Part shown: piece by piece, positions 25,599-30,091 of the stretch
Layout of the letters: the number at the start of each line of letters is the position of its first letter
Position numbering within the stretch: position 1 is the first letter of the stretch
NCBI GenBank assembly: GCA_047611865.1
Contig: JBLFWS010000024.1
Span: forward strand, 1-30,091
Direction of reading: 5' to 3'
DNA length: 30,091 nucleotides
From: Chlamydiales bacterium
GTDB taxonomy: Bacteria; Chlamydiota; Chlamydiia; Chlamydiales; JBDQID01
Position numbers and translations under genes: made by a program
Notes under the pieces: model-generated
What the model saw: only the letters and a program-made list of their open reading frames with translations
Told to the model about the DNA's origin: nothing
The model's database searches: none

Positions 25599-27155
25599 AT
25601 GAAGGATCAAGTGGACTATCTAGTCTTGGGCAGTGGCTTATCTGCCTTATCTTTTTCCGCTCTTATGGCAAATAAAGGTCATTCTGTGAAGATGCTTGAA
25701 GCACACGAGCATTTTGGAGGTTATGGACATACTTTTGTTGAAGGGGACTATAAGTTCAACGCGCAATTACATTATGTAATTGGCTGTGGGGAGGGAGGTG
25801 TTGTTAATACATTTCTGAAAAAAATAGGCTTGGAAAAAGAAGTTACCTTTAATCGACTTAATGCCGATGGATATGACCGGGTATATTGTGGCGATAAAAG
25901 TCTGAACATTCCCTATGGATTGGAAAATCTTGAAGTAAATATGCTGGAGATTTGTCCGGAAGCTGCCCCACAGATCAAGAAATTTATCGATGTTCTCAAA
26001 GACTTCAGAACTGCAGCAGAAAATTTCCCCCGCCATCTCAAACATTCTTACCGTATTGCCTTCGCGGCACCCAGTTATATGAGACTTTTTAAGTATCGCT
26101 CTTCCACACTCCAGGAAGTTTTTGATGATTGTAAATTACCCTTGCTAATGCAGACTTTGGTTTCGGGACAGTTGATTGATTACTTGCTGCCTCCAAAGGA
26201 CCTTTCTTTTCTCGTCTGGGCAGCCCTATTTAATGCGTATTGTCAGGGAGCCTACTACCCTACCAAGCATTTCGACCACGTCATTGATTCTGTTGTGGCA
26301 TTTATTCAGAAAAATGGTGGAGAGCTTCAGGCTAGTGAGCAGGTGGTAGACTTTATTATGGATGGAAAAACTGTTAAAGGTGTCTATACGCAAAGTGTCA
26401 ATCCAAAAACAGGGATATGTTTTGGACCCAGGAAGGCTCATTATGGGAAAAATGTCATTTGTAATTTTGATCCAAAAGTAGCTGCGGATATGATTGGAAA
26501 AGAGAATTTTTCCCAGAAAGTTCAGACCGCTTTGGATTATGATTATTCCTATTCAAGCTTTGTGCTCTATGGAGTGGTTAAAGATATTGACTTGAGAGAT
26601 TACGGTTTCGGAGATTGGAATGTCTGGCATTGCCAGGAGGACCATAACGTGGCTTTCGACAAGATGTATAAGGAAAACGATTACAGTAAGCCCTACTTTG
26701 CTATGAATTGCCGCTCTTTGCACACTGATGATACAGGAAATTGTAAAAGGGACGGCTGCCAAATTCTTCAGATTTGTACAGTGGCAAACTATGACTATTG
26801 GAAGACACTAAAGATGCGCGATCGAAAATCTTACAACTTAAAGAAAAAAGAAGTGCTGGATTGTTTGCTTGATGCGGTAGAAGAAAAGCATGTACCCAAT
26901 ATTCGCGATCATCTGATTTTTAAGATGACAGGAAGCCCTACTACGAATGAGCGCTTTGTTTTTTCCCCTAAGGGTGGAGCGTATGGAGTGAACCTTACCC
27001 CAAGGAACTTTGAATATTCCAGAAAGCTCTCTTCAGAAACCTCTTTAGAAAATATGCACTTTTGTTCCGCTGCATCAGGAGTGGGAGGTTTTGGAGGCAC
27101 CATTATGACAGGCTGCCAACTCTACGAAAAACTTAGTAGCGACTATCTTGATTGA
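25599..27155 (+). CDS. Phytoene desaturase / retinol saturase-like FAD oxidoreductase (COG1233)
   Basis: GSGLSAL, LEAHEHFGGYGHTF, GAYYP and SPTTNERF..GGAYG motifs. Confidence 0.85.
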   Translation: MKDQVDYLVLGSGLSALSFSALMANKGHSVKMLEAHEHFGGYGHTFVEGDYKFNAQLHYVIGCGEGGVVNTFLKKIGLEKEVTFNRLNADGYDRVYCGDKSLNIPYGLENLEVNMLEICPEAAPQIKKFIDVLKDFRTAAENFPRHLKHSYRIAFAAPSYMRLFKYRSSTLQEVFDDCKLPLLMQTLVSGQLIDYLLPPKDLSFLVWAALFNAYCQGAYYPTKHFDHVIDSVVAFIQKNGGELQASEQVVDFIMDGKTVKGVYTQSVNPKTGICFGPRKAHYGKNVICNFDPKVAADMIGKENFSQKVQTALDYDYSYSSFVLYGVVKDIDLRDYGFGDWNVWHCQEDHNVAFDKMYKENDYSKPYFAMNCRSLHTDDTGNCKRDGCQILQICTVANYDYWKTLKMRDRKSYNLKKKEVLDCLLDAVEEKHVPNIRDHLIFKMTGSPTTNERFVFSPKGGAYGVNLTPRNFEYSRKLSSETSLENMHFCSAASGVGGFGGTIMTGCQLYEKLSSDYLD

Positions 27156-27242
27156 TAGGGCATTCCCTAATTTTATTTTCTACTGTTTTTTGGAAAGGGG
27201 ACTCGCATTTGTGAAAATGTCAATTAGTCCATTCTTATCCTA

Positions 27243-27345
27243 AGCACCAGAGGTGGGGCATTATGTAGGCCCGGTCGTAGCGAGCTTGCGAGCAAGGCCG
27301 GGTTTACAGGTAAAAAAACAACTGGGAGTACCAGCGGTGCGACAC
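27243..27345. repeat. Tripartite REP-like palindromic unit
   Basis: AGCACCAGAGGTG, then a central hairpin GTAGGCCCGGTC..GGCCGGGTTTAC, then AGTACCAGCGGTGCGACAC. Confidence 0.65.
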
Positions 27346-27400
27346 TATCTTCAAACACCTTTAAAAAAATAACTATTTTATCAGCAGGTAATTATGAATA

Positions 27401-27421
27401 CCCCGTCAGCTTGCTGCGGGG
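27401..27421. other. GC hairpin CCCCGTCAGCTTGCTGCGGGG (terminator of the halogenase gene or IS200-type end palindrome)
   Basis: 9-bp stem with a single bulge, 28 nt downstream of the halogenase stop codon. Confidence 0.5.
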
Positions 27422-27449
27422 AAAATTTATTACACGACCTGGAATTCCA

Positions 27450-29036
27450 TTAATTTCGGGAGAGCTTACTTATCGTGCTGCCGTAAACCTTTCTTTTATT
27501 GAGTGAGTCAACAAATTCGTTGTGACTCGGATATCGCTCTGCTTCCTCTGACATTTTTTGCTGAATAGACTTGATGGTTTTTAAAACCTCGGTATTTTCA
27601 TGGAATCCCAAAGTTCCGGGGGCTTTGTTGGGGAGGTAATGCATCCCTGTAAAGAGCCTTTGATGATTAGAGACAGCAAAGGGGGCATCTAGTCGAGCTT
27701 TTCCTGGTATGTGCATTGTTTTTTTCATAAGAACTCCACTTTTCCAAATAGCGAGGAGTTCTTTTACTTCTTGAGGGAGTATGAGAGAGTTTTTATTGCT
27801 TTCCCAAAAAGCTGTGTCCTCTCTTGAAGAGGTGCAGTAGTGTAGAGCAATGAAATTTTTTATGGTGTCATGTTCGGCACGCATAATACGGTTATACTCT
27901 GCCATGAAGAAAGACTCGGAACGAGTATTGGGCCAGTAATTGACGAGTTCTTCTATTCCTCTCTGTGTGAGGTAAAGACCTGTTGATTCCAGGGGGTCGC
28001 TAAATCCGCCGGCGAGGCCAATAGCTACGCAGTTTTTCACCCAGAGGCTTCTGGATCTTCCTGCTCTTAGGGTGATATGTTGAGCTTCGATTTCACTGGC
28101 TCTTTTGCCAATAAATTGTCTGAGCTCCTCTTCAGCTTTTTCTCGGGAGGTAAACGAGTTGGAATATACATAACCGTAACTTGTGTTGTCTGAGAGGGGA
28201 ATGTCCCATACCCATCCGGAGTTTAGAGCAGTAGAGGTCGTGTAGGGGTTTAGGTTTTGGCCTTTATGAGGCACATGTATCGAGACTGCTCGATCACAGA
28301 GCAGGAAATCGGAGTAGGGTATAAAGGGTTCGTTCAATGCACGGCTTATGAGCTCTCCTTTGAATCCGCTGCAATCGATGAATAGATCGGCATGAACTTC
28401 GCCATTTTTTTCGGTATGGAGGTAGTCTATTTCTCCATTAAGGTTTACAGAAACCCCTTTTACGGTATCTACAATATGCTTTAAACCATTGGCAATAGCG
28501 AACCTCTTGCAATAGTTCCCGTGTAATTTAGCATCAAAGTGATAAGCGTATTCTACATCAGAGGTGAAGTTTCTTTTATCTTCTAAAAGACGAGGGGCCT
28601 TTTTCTTTTCCATCAAAAAGTCGCTAAGGGAAAAGTTATTTGGGAAGCTTTCTTGCCCTTGCTTGATATGCAGGTAAGTCCACCAATCAGCCAGGCTAAA
28701 CCCTTTTACCTCTGGAGAGTGGGAGTCAAAAGGATTTCTCCAGATATCGTTTTTATCTTTTCCGCTCCAGTTTACAAACGTAGTTCCGAGTTTAACACTA
28801 CCTTTGCATGCTGAGAGCCATTCTGCTTCAGAAAAACCGAGGGCTTTGAGAAAAGATCTTATGTGTGGGACAGAGCTTTCTCCAATTCCAACAGCTGGGA
28901 TTGATGGCGATTCAATTAGTGTCAGTTCAATATCGGGATTATTTTTTATATTGAGAAATTGAGATAAATAAGCTCCCGTCATCCATCCGGAATTACCTCC
29001 TCCGAAAATAAGCACCTTACGTATTTTGTCACCCAT
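27450..29036 (-). CDS. Flavin-dependent tryptophan halogenase family protein
   Basis: GGGNSG FAD motif, GIGESS, GSVKLG (catalytic Lys), YAYHFDA, GWVWDIP (WxWxIP) and FSDPLESTG. Start at ATG 29036. Confidence 0.93.
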   Translation of the reverse strand: MGDKIRKVLIFGGGNSGWMTGAYLSQFLNIKNNPDIELTLIESPSIPAVGIGESSVPHIRSFLKALGFSEAEWLSACKGSVKLGTTFVNWSGKDKNDIWRNPFDSHSPEVKGFSLADWWTYLHIKQGQESFPNNFSLSDFLMEKKKAPRLLEDKRNFTSDVEYAYHFDAKLHGNYCKRFAIANGLKHIVDTVKGVSVNLNGEIDYLHTEKNGEVHADLFIDCSGFKGELISRALNEPFIPYSDFLLCDRAVSIHVPHKGQNLNPYTTSTALNSGWVWDIPLSDNTSYGYVYSNSFTSREKAEEELRQFIGKRASEIEAQHITLRAGRSRSLWVKNCVAIGLAGGFSDPLESTGLYLTQRGIEELVNYWPNTRSESFFMAEYNRIMRAEHDTIKNFIALHYCTSSREDTAFWESNKNSLILPQEVKELLAIWKSGVLMKKTMHIPGKARLDAPFAVSNHQRLFTGMHYLPNKAPGTLGFHENTEVLKTIKSIQQKMSEEAERYPSHNEFVDSLNKRKVYGSTISKLSRN

Positions 29037-29139
29037 GGTTTTACCGCCGAATAAGAGTTCCCTATATAGGTATGTTATCAATTATTTTAATTTAAGCCTA
29101 GGGAGAGGGATTGGTTTTGAAGAGCTTATTCTTAGAGAG

Positions 29140-29244
29140 CTGATATTTCGCTCTTACAGAGCTCACCTACTTTTCTTTATCTAACCCAGGGCGTTGCCCT
29201 GGGCTGGCAGTATTGGAGACCTTCGGCCTCTTGCTGTAAGATAA
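29140..29244 (+). repeat. REP-like unit, copy 1
   Basis: CTGATATTTCGCTCTTACAGAGCT..CTAACCCAGGGCGTTGCCCTGGGCTGGCAGTATTGGAGACCTTCGGCCTCTTG. Near-identical to copy 3. Confidence 0.92.
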
Positions 29245-29331
29245 GTACTTGAATTATCAGAATATGTTTTTCTTGATGTTAGCATTGGAGAGCTTGAATT
29301 TGATAAAACGTATTTAGATATTTTCTATCCG

Positions 29332-29421
29332 AGAGGCTGAAGGCCTCCCAATACTGCCAGCCCAGGGCAACGGCCTGGGTTAGATAAAGATAAATGGGTT
29401 AGCTCTGTAAGAGCGAAATAT
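29332..29421 (-). repeat. REP-like unit, copy 2 (inverted)
   Basis: AGAGGCTGAAGGCCTCCCAATACTGCCAGCCCAGGGCAACGGCCTGGGTTAG..AGCTCTGTAAGAGCGAAATAT, the reverse complement of copy 1 with a few changes. Confidence 0.92.
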
Positions 29422-29457
29422 GACCTTTTTGGCTAAAGAGTAATAGTAGTGTATCTA

Positions 29458-29910
29458 TTAATCCCATACGTAACGTTCATTAAATTCGACGCCATTTTTA
29501 TTCAGAAGTCGTCTGTACTCTTCTTGAAACGATACTTCATGATGATGTTTACGTTGATTTGCGATGTAGAGAATTACAGCATCTTTATGGGACGAGCTGA
29601 CGGAGAAAATGCCATAGCCATTTTGCCAAGAGAACTGAAGAAATTGCGACCCTTTTGTTTTTATCCATTTAGAAGAGCCTTTCTTAATCTCTTCTACTAA
29701 TTTGCTTGCAGTAAGGGTTCGAGGTAAGTTTATTAGCATGTGGACATGGTCTTCAATACCGCCTGCTTTTAAAACAAAAGCACCATTGGCTCGACAGATA
29801 CTTACCATATATGAATGTAATTCTTTTTCAATGTTGCACTCTATGAATGGTTCTCTGTTTTTGGTGCTGAATACAAGGTGAACAAGTAGGCTTGCTAGAG
29901 ATTGAGACAT
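29458..29910 (-). mobile_element. tnpA: HUH Y1 transposase, IS200-like / REP-associated tyrosine transposase (RAYT)
   Basis: VHLVFSTKNR, HUH motif DHVHML, WQNGYGIFSVS and catalytic Tyr in YIANQRKHH. No tnpB within the window; flanked by palindromic repeats. Confidence 0.93.
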
Positions 29911-29982
29911 TGTGGATGTATGAGGTTAAGTTTTTGGGTGCGTAAATATATCATGCTAACATTCTTATCTCAAGGGCAAGAA

Positions 29983-30087
29983 CTGATATTTCGCTCTTAC
30001 AGAGCTTAGATATTTATTTTTGCCTAACCCAGGGCGTTGCCCTGGGCTGGCAGTATTGGAGACCTTCGGCCTCTTGTTGTAAGATAA
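29983..30087 (+). repeat. REP-like unit, copy 3
   Basis: Direct repeat of copy 1, differing mainly in the spacer between the hairpins. Confidence 0.92.
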
Positions 30088-30091
30088 ACGA

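Noticed and set aside
29449..29700. 83-aa + strand ORF
   Set aside because: Antisense to the Y1 transposase, with no independent support.
29140..30087. CRISPR array
   Set aside because: The repeats are ~100 nt, in mixed orientation and irregularly spaced around a transposase; no cas genes are present.

Overview
AT-rich bacterial chromosomal window built around an amino-acid biosynthesis island. On the + strand lies ilvB-ilvM/N-ilvC-(thrC-like fused to a LeuA/CimA-type allosteric domain)-ilvD-ridA-ilvE. It converges on a - strand run of lysine riboswitch-lysC-lysA followed by DAHP synthase-prephenate dehydratase-chorismate mutase. The strongest signal is missing from the ORF track: both the ilv and aromatic operons are preceded by TWO complete leader-peptide attenuators in tandem (Ile/Val/Leu/Thr-rich and Phe/Tyr-rich), and the terminator arms of each pair can cross-pair. 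Several enzymes they control lack their usual feedback domains. Flanking genes are a YHYH protein, a YjjG/MazG-like house-cleaning pair, purT, an ethanolamine permease, an isoaspartyl peptidase, YceI, a GNAT, two FAD oxidoreductases, a tryptophan-halogenase-family gene and an HUH Y1 (IS200/RAYT-type) transposase flanked by REP-like units. Intergenic spaces carry several unrelated palindromic, MITE-like or REP-like elements. Taxonomy cannot be fixed from the window. Environmental Chlamydiota is only a guess, based on orphan effector-like ORFs. All family assignments come from motif recognition, not database searches.
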